From Minutocellus sp. GHC0000111 (lineage: Eukaryota), in assembly GCA_977018835.1 (NCBI GenBank), contig OZ361261.1, positions 1,674,001 to 1,738,000 of the forward strand: a DNA stretch of 64,000 nucleotides, given 5' to 3'. Positions 22,290 through 34,283 of this stretch are shown here, in pieces. The notes beneath the pieces are model-generated. The model ran no database searches and was not told the origin of the DNA. It saw only the letters and a program-made list of their open reading frames with translations. Every line of letters starts with the position of its first letter. The stretch's first letter is position 1. Both the position numbers and the translations under genes were made by a program.

Positions 22290-25200
22290 CTAAGAGGCTC
22301 GATCCCATCCCATCACCCTAACCTCAGTTACACTGAGGGGCTCACCAGCGGTAAGCTGGACTTTAACATAGCGTGCAAAGACACCCTTGCCGGGATAGAA
22401 GATCTGGGTCCATTGATCGCCCTCGAGACCGCCGGAGTGGAATATGTTCTTGACTTCGTTGCCGCTCTCGTCCAAGAATCGGATGTAGAAGTTGCTGAGC
22501 CGGAAGCGGCAACAATCCCCCCGATTCCAAAGCTGGACGCTATCAATCTCCTTGGTAGCCTCCAGATCCACCTGCCACCACGAATTTGACGTCTTGCAGG
22601 TGTGGGTTATGTATCTCCTTCTTTTATTGACAATCCCATCGTTTCCATTCTTTGCCGGGTACCGTGAGCCATAGTTGCATTTATGAGATGCTGGCTTGCC
22701 CACGGAGAGGTTGATGGGAGGGGTGGGTGTGCGGGTAGGAGACAAACTCAGTGAAGGAGGCATGCTGGGCGCATTGCTCGTCGTATCGGTGGGAACGGCG
22801 CTAACCGAGGGGAATGAACTCGGGGCGGAAGTCGGCTGAGGGGTGGCAAAGCGGATGCTCTCCGTGGTGATGTGGTCCGAACAGGCAGGCGCGTCGAAAA
22901 GGGTGAGGACTGCATTGGGGAAGCCCACGTTGCCGTCGAGGTCAACAAAGGAAACGTCGTAGTCTTGGCCGCCCGGGAGGACGAGATCGAACATGTCGTT
23001 GTAGGTTGTGCCGAAGGGCCAGCTCCGCCGAGTCGACTTGTCGTATGTGTATGTTTTGCTCGGGTCGAGCTGGGAAGTCACTATCATCCTGTAGTCGATC
23101 GGTAGTGGGTCGGGGCTGCTGTCAAGCTTACTACAGCATCCAGTATTAACTTGAATTCGGCGAAGACATACGTTCGGACAGAATGTTGTCCTTTCATTGA
23201 TAACGTCGGGCAAGCAAGAGTCTTGAATGAAAGCGGTCATGAAAGGTTTGTCCGCCGCGAAGAATCCTTTCTCGAGAGTGGGCGTCATTGTTCCCTCTTT
23301 GTCTTCTAGGTAGATGATTCTTGGTAATAGTTAGAGGCGGTAACTTCAAACGCGTATGGCGGCGTTGAGTCGAAGTGAATGCCCGACCATGACGTTGGAC
23401 TGTTGTACTTGTCTCTGTTTTGGCATCACGGCGAAATCGGTCGAGGCAAGAAGGCAGCATCAATCGCGTAAGTCGGATAGCTGGAGAGCAAATGCAAAAG
23501 AAATAAAAGCAAACATATTCGCCAATTCCCCATATCATCCCAAGGCTCTTCTCACCTAATGTCGTTTCCTTGCCACAGCCTAATCGGACGGCCGGGCGGC
23601 GTGCACCCGACCGGCGCCGGGCCGTATCCCCTGAAGGTGACGTTGGTGAGTTTAACCATCTCATAATTCGGCTCCAGGCTAAAGGTGACCCCGCTGCTGG
23701 ATCCAAATTCATGGAGGCATTCCCCCCCAGCCGCGTGGAGGGAATCTACAGCAAAGATCTGCGTATCCTCCAAAATATTCGATCCTGGACGATTGCCCAT
23801 GACGTTGACGCCATTGGCACCGATTATGCCGTTCTTGACCTTAATTCTGCAGGTACCGTGAAGGTCAAACCCCGCCCCGCCGTTCTTGTACGTCTTCAAG
23901 TCGTTGAAGACAGCCAGAGAGGGATTTCTCCATCCAGGCCTGTACGTGATGAGTCCCTCTCTTTTGTTGTTGTGCATGACGTTACCATCAAAGGTATAGA
24001 GCCCGTAGTAGCGCGCCGCACCGTTTGTTTCGAACCAGAAGCCAACATCCTGCGAGCCCGTCGCCACGTTGTTAACAAAGTGGTTTCTACGCGAGTTTAG
24101 TTGAGAAATAGAGGAATTTTGGACGTCAAGAATCAATATGGAATCCAAAAGTTTGGGATAGAACTGCTCATAAAATGCATGCGGATCGGTGAACCCGTGT
24201 AAAATTGGCTAGGGACGCGGCCTTTTGGATTTCTTTCTGCCGTCCTAGCTACGTAGTCAGAAGAAGGAGCCAAGCATATCAAACAAAGAGTTGGAGAGTC
24301 TCACCTAGTGTTGGTGATCCAGAAGAGTGAGGATTCGTGGTCAGTCGCCCCGATACCGATCAATTGGTTCCTCGTCAGGGCCCCCAAATTTCCAACAGAG
24401 TGGTTGTCCTCCTCAACTCCGTCCTCGAGGACGTAGCAGTGCCCAAAGGTATTGTAAGCGACGTTGTTCTCGATGCGGACGTTGTTGGTCTGATGCACGA
24501 CGAAGCATCGCTGATTGGAATCGATGACGGCATTATTCCGAACGACGGAGCCAGTGACATCACCAGACATGTGAAAATGGATCGGCTGGTATATATTGGG
24601 GTTGGGGTAAGGGGCAGTCGAGCAGTGGATGTGATGAGAAGAAGGATATCAAGAAAAACAAAGAGTTATCAAGAAGAAGCAAACACAGAGACGATGTTCA
24701 GCGCTAGTGACCCACGTAACGACCTAGCTCGCCCTGCTGGCCAAAGCCTCGAATCTCTACCCCCTCCAGCCTCTGCGCCACTTGCGGCGTGTGGTAGACG
24801 ATGATATGGCCGCCGTGCAGGTTGTCGAACCCTCCCGCGGACGGTCCGTCCTGGACGGACTCGAAGATCACGGGGCGGCTCAGCACGGCCACCTCCGCCG
24901 CGAAGTGCGGTTCGTTCTCGACCGTCGGAGGCCGGCCGGGGTCGGAGAAGATCATAGCCGGTGTCAGACCTTCGATGACGATCTCGCCCGTGGTCGGGTC
25001 GATGTGACCTGAGGGCAGGACGTGGTGGCCGAGCCACGTTCCCCTTCCCTCCGCGCTGGTAACAAGGACCTCGACCTCGCCCCTCCGCTGGAGGATGGCG
25101 TCCCAGCACCCCGCCGCCTCCGTCCCGACCTCCATGCGAGTCTCGAGGCTGGCCTCGTACCGGACCGCCTCCCACCAGTCCAGGTTCATGATGCCGTTGG

Positions 25201-26310
25201 AGCCGAAGCCCCGGAGCGTCACGTTCTGGACGCCGGACAGATCTTGGCCCTCGAGGTCGATGGCAAACTCGGCCGTTACGTAGTTGCCCCAACCTCCCGT
25301 GGAGGTGGGCTCGAACGCTCCGACGATCGGACCGTCGGGACCGCCCAGCCGGACTTCCAGAAGGGGAGTAGAGGTGGTGCCCTGCGTGAAAATAAACAAA
25401 GGTACAAAATATGACAACAACATTTATTTATATATCAAAGATGGTTCCGGTGAGTGGCATGTAGTATAAATATGCACAAACAAAATGCCATTTTCAGACA
25501 TGACGATCAACTCCAACTCCAACTCACCTTGGAATAGTGGATCCGGATATAGTTGGCCGGGCTGTTGTCCACCTCGCCCAGATCGACGTCGTGGTACGTC
25601 ATCCAATCCCCCGCGTCGAAGTACCCGACGATGTCGGCGTAGGTGTTGATCCCCTGCGCGGCGTCGTGCTCCTCGGCCTCCGTCCGGCCAAAGACGGTCT
25701 CGCCGGATCCCGAAACGGACAGGAGGGGGGCGTATCCCGGACACGTGGCGTCGATGTCGACTGTCCCGACGACGTCGAGGATGCCCCCGGCGACGGCCAC
25801 GGCCCGCTTGCCGATGGGACAGCCGGTCGCTGCATCGCACGCCGCGGCATTGTCGGGGTGGGGGACGAAGTACTCCAGCTCGGGCATTGGCGACGGGGGA
25901 TTTATCATGGAGAACCGCACGGCGTTGCCCTCGGCGGGTGGGTCGACCTTGAGGATGCCCTGGACGACGATGCGGGTCGCCTCGATGGTGAGGGATGCCG
26001 AGGGCGGGACGTACAGCATCCCCTCGACGTTGAGGCCGGAGGGGAAGGTGAGGGTAGAGCCGTCCGAGACGGTGGCGGTGACGCACATGCCGCACGGGAT
26101 TGTGATCTCGGTGGTACCGTTGTTTGCCGACGACTCGGCGAGGATGGAGGACAGGGTGAGCCCCGTGGTGCCGGTGGCGTCGCAGTCGGCCACGGTGAGG
26201 TTGGCGTTGCACGACAGCGGGGAGAAGTCCGTGCCCATGCCGCTGACGACGACGGCATGGCGGCCGAGGTGGAAGAGGAGGAGGAGGGCCAGGGAGAGGA
26301 ATCTCGGCAT
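22290..26310 (-). CDS. Secreted G8-domain / beta-helix (TMEM2-CEMIP/fibrocystin-like) protein with an inserted CBM6 and a C-terminal F-type lectin domain; multi-exon
   Basis: Signal peptide; G8-like IPCG..GLNVEGML..IVVQGIL; AEVAVLSR, HGGH, GQQGELGRY|PIHFH, SNQRCFVVH, GHCY.LEDGVE; CBM6-like VGYFDAGDWMTY..LEVRLGGPDGP..TGGW; F-lectin THT..WWQVDL..NRGDCCRFRL; several GT-AG introns. Confidence 0.85.
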
Positions 26311-26959
26311 CGTTTCGTGCTGGTTGCCAAGCAAAATATGAAAATGTCTCAATGTCCGAAATACGTCGTCGTTCTGGTTTCGTTGGATGATCCGCGATTT
26401 TGACGATCGATCTACTTTTGACGCACGGATTCCTAATGACTCCCGTCTTCTGCCGGCTGATATACTACTAGTAGCTAGTATATAGAATAGGAGACCGAAG
26501 GAAGGGGTTTAGGTATCTTGTGTGGCTCGGATGTTATGTGCGTGGTGAACCACTGGCTATGGGCAGGTCACTCTTCAACACAGAAATAGCCCTTCGATAA
26601 ATGACCGCATGACGCCGACTGGAGAACAGCAGAACATAACAGCCCTCGGTTTTTCCGGATGCCGCGTCTCAGTTGTATTCTTGCCTGCATACTCCAAGTC
26701 GGCATCCCATTTTCCGCTGCCGCGGACCACCATGAGATTTTTGCCCGTGATTTGCCGTCGCGCGACGGCGCGGCGGTGTATCGAGCATGACCGTGCGTGC
26801 GTCGTCCGTCGCCGCTCCGCCGCCATAAGCAAGTAGCATCGAGGGCATACCCGCAGGTGTTGGTTGGAGATACAGAGAGTCTTTCTCTTGCGCCGACTTT
26901 GTTTTGAATTGCATTGATTTGATTTGCACACGGCTTTTTTTCTTGCAAGCGAAGCAAGC

Positions 26960-29900
26960 ATGCCGCCAACCGCAACCACCTCCGACGACGAGCGCATGGC
27001 CGACGCCGTGACCGCCGACGAGGCGGCCGAGGCCGCTGCTACGGAAGCCGCTGGTGATGTAGCAGTTGCTTCGGCTGCTCTAGCTCCCGCACCTGCTAGT
27101 GCGAGTGCGAGCAATGCGAGCGGTGCCAGCTCGGCCGCCGGGGGAGATTCCACCGAGGAGGAGGAAGATGACGACCACGACAATAGCAACGATGATAGCA
27201 ACGAGTCGTCGGAAGATGATGATGACAATGATGACGACGACGACGATGATGATGATGACGACGATGACAATGAAAGCAGCGGGAGCAACGAGGACGAGCC
27301 GATGGAGGTCGAGGCAGTCCCTACCGAAGATCAGGACGACGAGGACGATGATGCCGAAGATGACACAACCAGCGCGACCCAAGGCAGCTGTATGCAAGTA
27401 TCCTCTGCGAAACCTGCTACTGCTCAGGTTGTGCCTGCCCCGGCGGCAGTGCCCGTGCCCGTGCCCGCCGAGGAACAACAAGAGCAGCAGCAGCAGCGGA
27501 AGATGACGCCCAAGATGCGGATCAAGCTCAGCCTCAAGGCCAAGGCAGCCGCGGCGGCTTCGGAGCACTTCCCCCCTCCGTCTTCTGCGGTGGGATCAAA
27601 GCCTGCTACAGTTTCGGGTGGTAGCGACAAGAAAAAGGGCGCATCTACCGGCATCATCAATACAGACAAGGCCAAGGCGGTGGTACCATCAACAACCGAT
27701 GACGACGATGTGGTCATGGCCGAGGCTCATGTGGGCGGTGAGGATGAGAACGAGGAGGAGGTCATCGCCACGGCCGAGATTGTCGAAGAGGTGCCATCCG
27801 CAACGGATGCAAAGACAACGGACGCCAAGAGCAAGTCCAAGCCCACCTCTTCCACTACTTCTACAAATAACAAACTGGTGGAGAGCCATCCCCTCCACAA
27901 ACCCTCGCGCCAGCGGGCTCCGCCACCGTCGCTGTCCCGTCCCCAGTCCAAGAATCCCCAGCTGGCCTACACCTCGGCCGCCGGGCAGGGGGGAGGATAT
28001 CACTCCCGAGCCATGCGCTTCCCCTCGATTCTCAGTCCGGGCATGCTGGCCGTCCCCAACCATTCCAACAACGTCGGCACCACCGTCTGCGATACCGATG
28101 CGTACAAGATGCTCCACGGCAAGGAGGGTACCAAGTCCGATGCAGAGGGTGCAACTGGTGGTGGCAGTGGTGGTGGTGGTGATACCCACGAGGATCCCTA
28201 CGAAAAGTACATCACGGCCGATTCGGTGTTTGCGCATTACATGGGGGTGCAGGGGTACACGCCGGAGTCGCGCACGACCAACCCCCATCGGGGCAGCAGC
28301 ATCCAACGGACCGTGGGGGACATGTTCGACAACGACGTTGTGAGCAGCATCAACTTTCCCAACCTGCTGCCAGACTATCTCAGGAGTCGACGGGCGCCAA
28401 AGAAGGGCAGTGGCAAGAACAGTCTTGCGCCTGGCAAAGAGAAAGTGACTGTGACCACTCCTGAAACGACGGCGCCGACAAAAGATGGTCAATCCTCAGC
28501 AGGTGCAACCGGCACCACTATAACCCCAAGTGATGTGTCCCCCACAAGCGAGACGCCTGCCAAGAGCGAGATGCCCAAGAAGAGTGAAGGATCACCTGCC
28601 AAGGTGAAGATGGATGCCATGGATATGCTCAAGTCAACCCTAACCTCCGTCCTCGAGAAGCGCAAGGCGGCGTCAAAGGGTGTTCAGCAGGGAGCCGCAA
28701 AACGATTCCGTCCTCTCCAATTCCAGGATATGGTGCCCGTCTCTCTGACATTCCCGTATCCGGAAGAGTACACCAAGGCACGAATCGAATATGCCCGCAA
28801 GGTGAAAGAGCGCGAGGATGCCATCGCACAGGATCAGGTAGCCTCGCAATCAGCCGCGGATATCATGGAAAACTACAACCGCGAGAAGGTCAAGTGGGAG
28901 GAGAAATTGACGCAGTGGGAGAAGGACAAGGCCGAGCACAAGGAAAAAGTGGCCGCATGGGAAAAGGACCAGATCGAACGCAAGGAGCGGTTGGCGCAGT
29001 GGGAGAAGGGTCGGGCCGAGGTGGAAGCCGCCGCTGCTGCATTGGCCAAAAAATGTACATCGCCCAAGAATAGCGAGTTGTCGCCAAGTAAGGAAACCGA
29101 TACGCTGGGCAAAGAAAAGAAGGAAGATGAAGATGCACCAGCAAAATCCAGTGATGAACCACCCGCACCTAATACTCCTGCCACCGACTCAAAAGTCGCC
29201 CCATCTGGTGATGACGATGATAAGAAGCAGGCCGAAGAAGAACCAGTGCTTGGTCCTCCAAGACCACAGACGCCTCCCCAGCCCACGGAGCCCATCCTAC
29301 CACCCCTCCCGGCACCGGTTTCTATCCCTCCCATCCCTGTAAGCCCGAGTCCCCCCAGTTGGATCGACTCCAATGGTACCGAGGGTGAAAGTGCCAAAGC
29401 CAAGGGATTTCAACGCCCATCGCCGGAAACGCTGAAGCGCTACGCCACACATCTAGCTCACCTCGATCCGGCCACCTACTTGTCTACAGTTCCCACCCCA
29501 AGAGCCCGGTATGTTGGTCTGTCATCGAATTCCATCGCCGATGCCAATTTCGTTGGGCCTGCAGCTCACGGCATTGCTGGTATCGGTCTTGGACTTGGCT
29601 CTGGATTGAGCACGGCCTACACCGGAGCCTCAGGAGGCCAGGGCGGTGGCGGTCTCCACTCCAGCAGTTACTACGAGGGTCTCAAGCGCTTTGCGGACCA
29701 TATGGGCTATTCGGATGTCAGTAAAGTGTCTCCTGCAAAGAAGAAGAAGAGCAGTAGTAGCAGTGGCAGCAGTCCAAACGACGCGAATAAGGAGAAGGGC
29801 AAAGAAGGAAAGCCAAAATTGCCAAAGATCAAGCTCAAGATGCCCTCGCTGCCTCCCGGGCCAAAGGGGGAAGGCATTTCGAGTTCGGAACTCAAAAGTC

Positions 29901-30223
29901 TGTTCGAAACAGGCGGGCAAGCTGCAGAGGACATGCGAGTGACTATCATCAAGGCGACCATTTATGCCGCGCGCGTCGGAGAAGCTGCCGGCGACAAATT
30001 TGTTGGCAGCGATGGCAGGGTTTACGATGGCGTTGGGAAAGCCTTTAGCAATTTTGCCGGAATCAAGCCTTGCGAGCGTTGTAGGAAGAGTAAGCGAGGT
30101 GCCTTGATGTGCCGAGTTCGAAGAAAGCACAAGGATGAAGACTACGACGGAGGGAAATCTGCGGGCGAGCTCCAGCAATATTTCAAGGCAGACTTAAAGA
30201 CTTTGATCCGAAAGGAGTCGTAA
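26960..30223 (+). CDS. Large acidic, low-complexity nuclear protein with a coiled coil and a C-terminal Cys/His cluster
   Basis: Uninterrupted ORF of about 1087 aa; poly-D tract, WEK heptad repeats, PAKKKK NLS, CERCRKSKRGALMCRVRRKH. Confidence 0.8.
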   Translation: MPPTATTSDDERMADAVTADEAAEAAATEAAGDVAVASAALAPAPASASASNASGASSAAGGDSTEEEEDDDHDNSNDDSNESSEDDDDNDDDDDDDDDDDDDNESSGSNEDEPMEVEAVPTEDQDDEDDDAEDDTTSATQGSCMQVSSAKPATAQVVPAPAAVPVPVPAEEQQEQQQQRKMTPKMRIKLSLKAKAAAAASEHFPPPSSAVGSKPATVSGGSDKKKGASTGIINTDKAKAVVPSTTDDDDVVMAEAHVGGEDENEEEVIATAEIVEEVPSATDAKTTDAKSKSKPTSSTTSTNNKLVESHPLHKPSRQRAPPPSLSRPQSKNPQLAYTSAAGQGGGYHSRAMRFPSILSPGMLAVPNHSNNVGTTVCDTDAYKMLHGKEGTKSDAEGATGGGSGGGGDTHEDPYEKYITADSVFAHYMGVQGYTPESRTTNPHRGSSIQRTVGDMFDNDVVSSINFPNLLPDYLRSRRAPKKGSGKNSLAPGKEKVTVTTPETTAPTKDGQSSAGATGTTITPSDVSPTSETPAKSEMPKKSEGSPAKVKMDAMDMLKSTLTSVLEKRKAASKGVQQGAAKRFRPLQFQDMVPVSLTFPYPEEYTKARIEYARKVKEREDAIAQDQVASQSAADIMENYNREKVKWEEKLTQWEKDKAEHKEKVAAWEKDQIERKERLAQWEKGRAEVEAAAAALAKKCTSPKNSELSPSKETDTLGKEKKEDEDAPAKSSDEPPAPNTPATDSKVAPSGDDDDKKQAEEEPVLGPPRPQTPPQPTEPILPPLPAPVSIPPIPVSPSPPSWIDSNGTEGESAKAKGFQRPSPETLKRYATHLAHLDPATYLSTVPTPRARYVGLSSNSIADANFVGPAAHGIAGIGLGLGSGLSTAYTGASGGQGGGGLHSSSYYEGLKRFADHMGYSDVSKVSPAKKKKSSSSSGSSPNDANKEKGKEGKPKLPKIKLKMPSLPPGPKGEGISSSELKSLFETGGQAAEDMRVTIIKATIYAARVGEAAGDKFVGSDGRVYDGVGKAFSNFAGIKPCERCRKSKRGALMCRVRRKHKDEDYDGGKSAGELQQYFKADLKTLIRKES

Positions 30224-30303
30224 TTTAGTAAGCCGATAATAACATAGCAACTTCTTTGAACAAAATTGTACCTAATAGCAGGCATAGTCATTTATTCATT
30301 TGC

Positions 30304-31835
30304 TCATAACGCTAATAAGTGTCGCCTGCCCTTTTCGCAAGGGTCGTGTCCCCAGTCATCCATAAGCTTTACAAACTCCTCCCGGCTTGATACAAATACA
30401 TCTTCACTTTCAATAAAGTACTCTGTGATCCATTTGGCAGCTTCCTTTCCAATTTTCACCAGCTCTTTCCGTACATCATCGTGTTCCTCATCACAAATAT
30501 GGATGAGATGCTTCATGCTTCCTTGTTGGAGAATTCGGCATACTTGTCCGCCGGTGGTACGTACGGTTGCAGATCCGTCAGAGGCTTATTCAACCCCAAA
30601 AAGTCATGAACATCCTTTGTAAAATTCTGAGCCGACGGATGGTTGTAAATGATTTGTCGCTGCTCCATGATGAACACCTTGTTGGGCATCGGATCGATGC
30701 TCATATCATGCTGTAGGAGGGCCTTCTCGTCCTTCGCTTTCATTGGTGTTTTGCCCAGACGAGACAATGCCCAATGAAAATGCGCCCGGACGGTGCACAC
30801 ATCCATCTTCCCCGACGGACAGGACGTCATACACTTGGGTTTGTAAGGGTATCCCGGCTCGCATTCACCAATCAATTTGGTTGTCGGCCTTGCCACCATA
30901 TGCGGGAAGTGATGATACTGCCGAAAGTTGAAGAAGGATTCGAACCACTTGACGGGATGACGGAGCGAGATGATAAACTTGGTCTGAGGAAAGTATTGGG
31001 CATACCGACCCAGCGACCCTTCAATTTCCATTTCGGCGGGATTCTTCACCCCGTACAACCGCTTGGTCCCCTCGGCCACGTCGGCCTCGTGCGTCTTGTA
31101 CATCATCTTGACCATCTTGGCCGGCCCGTCCGGCTTGCGCATAAAGTGCACTTCGCCCTGATTGACCCACAGTTCCCCGCTGGACCGACCATTCTTGCGC
31201 AGATAATTCATCATCCACGTCGTGCCGCATTTGGCAAATCCGGTAATGGCAAAGTCCAACATCCACGATACGTCGGTATGGACGTTGGTGCCGTCGGTAA
31301 GACTTGACAGGGAGGGGAATTTCGTCTCATGACGGCTGCTGGTCGGTCTCTGAGCAATCTCATCTGGTGCCTTGGCGCGGTTGCCATCGCGATCGTCCTG
31401 GCTGTTGCTGTTGCGGCTGGGCGTATCGTCTTGGTTGGGATTGGGCCGGTCGTCCTCCTTGCCGAAATCGTCGTCATCGTCATTGTTGTCGAAGCTTTCC
31501 TTGTTGTCATCATTGTCATTATCATCTGCTCGACCGGACGCATCCTTCCAGTCTCCATCTTTCTTGCCATCTTTGGCCGGAGGTATTTTGTTCTTTAAAT
31601 TCTTGGAACTTTTGCCCTTGGAACTCCCACGCTTGACACCGCTGGAATCCTTCTTTTTGCCTCCTCCTCTGGAACCGGCGACAGCAGAAGCATTGTCCGA
31701 CGAGGAGGATGAATCCGAGGCATATTTGATTCCCACAAAGGCTAGCGCAAGGAACACGGCCAATGCCTTGTGAAATTTTGACCGATTGGAAACACCGGCT
31801 GGTTGGAGCGGTTTGCTATTGTTGTAGTTGTACAT
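30304..31835 (-). CDS. Type II membrane sulfotransferase-like protein (single-base frameshift near 30515)
   Basis: PAPS-binding motifs DFAITGFAKCGTT and LRHPVKWFESFFN; N-terminal TM; continues as MKHLIHICD..WGHDPC. Confidence 0.85.
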
Positions 31836-32248
31836 TTGTGTCTTGGCTGTTGTTTGATATGCGGTTCGTTGTGGTGCTTACTGTTCCAATAACAGCTCGA
31901 GAGGACCAATGCCAATGCGTTGAGTTGAGAGAGATGAAAGCTGGCTGGCGGGACCCCAAATTTTAGAGGGCACAAATGTAAGTTGTGACCGGTACAAATC
32001 TCTTGCAAGACGATGCCTTAGCTCTCCCTCTTCCACACGCTCCTGCACCCCTTTCGAGAGCACTGCCGTGGAAGAAATTGCCTGCCTTGGGCGTGTTGGG
32101 GAACTGCTTTGGTATGATTTCACTTGGTGCGCGTTGTTTTTTGTTGTTGGCGGAATCGAATCGGAAAATTTGGGAGAAATTCGGTCTGTCCGTCGCTCTT
32201 CCTATTTGCTGCTCCGTACCCTCATGCATCATTCTTTTGTTGCCCTCC

Positions 32249-33874
32249 ATGGCGGCCCGCTCCTGCTACCGGCAACACCATCGGCGACGGCGCTATGCCT
32301 TGGCCTCTCTCACCTCTCTAGTGCTCGCCGAGGGAAATCATTGTGCAGCCTCGGGTCAGCGGCGAACATTTCGCCCTGGCAGCAGCGCTGCATTCGCCTA
32401 CAATCCATCTCCATTTGCGCAGTCGTCATCACGTGTTGCACCAGCAGTGCGGTTTTCCCGTTCTGCTAGCGCACTTTGCTCGACCTCTACCAGTATTCCA
32501 ACCCCAGCAACTCATTCTACTCGTGCAGTATCAGCATCAGCAGAAATAGATGCGCTCACCAAGCACAAGGCCCTGTGGGATGAGTCCGAACCACTGTCCA
32601 AGGCACGGCGGAAACTCCAGCGACGGCATCGGTCCCTGTTTCAGCCCACCGACGACGCTGACCTGGCCCTGTTCAATGAGTTTTGTACCGTCCTCTGCGA
32701 TACTGGCGTGATGCCTCGAAAGGAGATATTCGAAACGTGGTCGGCGGCACTGTACATACATGAGACATTTGGCCATGAAGTGCGGAGGGTGTGCGATGTA
32801 GCCGCTGGGCATTCGTTGTTGGCGTGGGCTCTACTCGTGCTGGACGATCATTCCAGTAATGACAAAGATAAAAATTCACTCACAGTCCTTTGCGTCGATC
32901 GAAGGATGCCGCCATCTGCCGAGGCGATACGGGTGGCCATGCTTGAAAAATGGCCACATCTGGAGGAACGATTTGATTTCGTCGAGGGCAGCCTGGAGCA
33001 AATGCAGCCCCATCCAAGCTGTTTGCTCGCAAGTGTCCATGCATGTGGAGGTCTCTCCGATATTCTCATCGCATCGGCCGGATCATCCAAGTCTCCGATT
33101 GCATTGGTGCCGTGCTGCCATACTCGCAAGAAGAAGGCTCTCTTGGGTGCGTCTGATTTTGCGAGGAAGGAGTACGATGCCATCATCCAGGCCGAGGAGG
33201 TGAAGGATTTGACAACGATGCTCGACGAGGCCAGAGAAGCGGCGCTGAGAAATGCTGGGTTTGACATCTGCACGCAGTATCTCCCAAAGAGATTCACGTT
33301 GAAGAATAGAGTTATCATGGAAATGCCGAGAAATGGCAATCCACCTGATATCGCATCCACCAACGATGACACCGTGATGGCACCTGGACGAATGCCACCG
33401 ATAGAAATCGACATGTCTCTGGCCAAGGCAAACTTTCTCAGCAGATTTACAATACCCTGCGAAGATAGTGACGACGCAAGGCTGGTGATCAAAAAATTAT
33501 CTGGCAAGGCAAACGCTGATCGGCGCAAGAAATCCCTCCATCGCAAGGGCAATGCAGAGACGCCGACTTATGATATTTCCTTTTGGTTGCCTGCTTCTGA
33601 AGGTGATGCAAAGACACAACAGCAGTGGGAGGAATCGCTATCGAAGTTTGCAAGCTCGATCCGAACAAACATTGCTTGCGAAGCGAAGCAAATTGGGGAC
33701 GAATTTGTCAACTCAGCAGGAAGACGGGCGAGGGCATTTCGAATGAGCTATCAGTATGAAAATGAAAATGAAAAGGAAGGCGACGACGAGCTGACAAACG
33801 AAAAAGCCAAGACAATTCACAGGGAGGTCTATGCGACTTTGCCAAGCGAATTTCCAGGGGCTGAGTGTCGGTGA
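32249..33874 (+). CDS. SAM-dependent methyltransferase (Methyltransf_32-like) fused to a C-terminal FDX-ACB-like domain
   Basis: VCDVAAGHSLL, VDRR, HACGGLSD, VPCCH; C-terminus YDISFWL..GRRARAFRMSY..LT..H..V..ECR. Confidence 0.8.
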   Translation: MAARSCYRQHHRRRRYALASLTSLVLAEGNHCAASGQRRTFRPGSSAAFAYNPSPFAQSSSRVAPAVRFSRSASALCSTSTSIPTPATHSTRAVSASAEIDALTKHKALWDESEPLSKARRKLQRRHRSLFQPTDDADLALFNEFCTVLCDTGVMPRKEIFETWSAALYIHETFGHEVRRVCDVAAGHSLLAWALLVLDDHSSNDKDKNSLTVLCVDRRMPPSAEAIRVAMLEKWPHLEERFDFVEGSLEQMQPHPSCLLASVHACGGLSDILIASAGSSKSPIALVPCCHTRKKKALLGASDFARKEYDAIIQAEEVKDLTTMLDEAREAALRNAGFDICTQYLPKRFTLKNRVIMEMPRNGNPPDIASTNDDTVMAPGRMPPIEIDMSLAKANFLSRFTIPCEDSDDARLVIKKLSGKANADRRKKSLHRKGNAETPTYDISFWLPASEGDAKTQQQWEESLSKFASSIRTNIACEAKQIGDEFVNSAGRRARAFRMSYQYENENEKEGDDELTNEKAKTIHREVYATLPSEFPGAECR

Positions 33875-34283
33875 TTTATCTACTAGTATACATTTAGTTG
33901 CATTGTAGGATACGATGATGCACGATGCAATCAATAGATCTCTAGATCTAGATCTACCAGTAGATCTAGAGTCAATACTGTACCTAGGTACACGTAACTT
34001 CCATTTTTCTGGGAGCCGGGCGGGTTCGCACACGTGGTTCGCATGAGTGGCGGGTTCGCACCTTTCTGCGCTGACTCAGCCAGCCAGCCAGGCTTCACTC
34101 CACACCACGTAATTTTTGAGTGCCGCGACGGAACTCAAGCGATCGACCTGGAATCGCATCGAAGCGACGCAAGAGCACAGAGTGGTCTTGGATATATACT
34201 AGTATATACTCATTGCAGCTCCTTTCATTTCTCGAGTCGGCTACTACGTAGCTAGGCACACACTGCCTACTTTACCAGCCATC

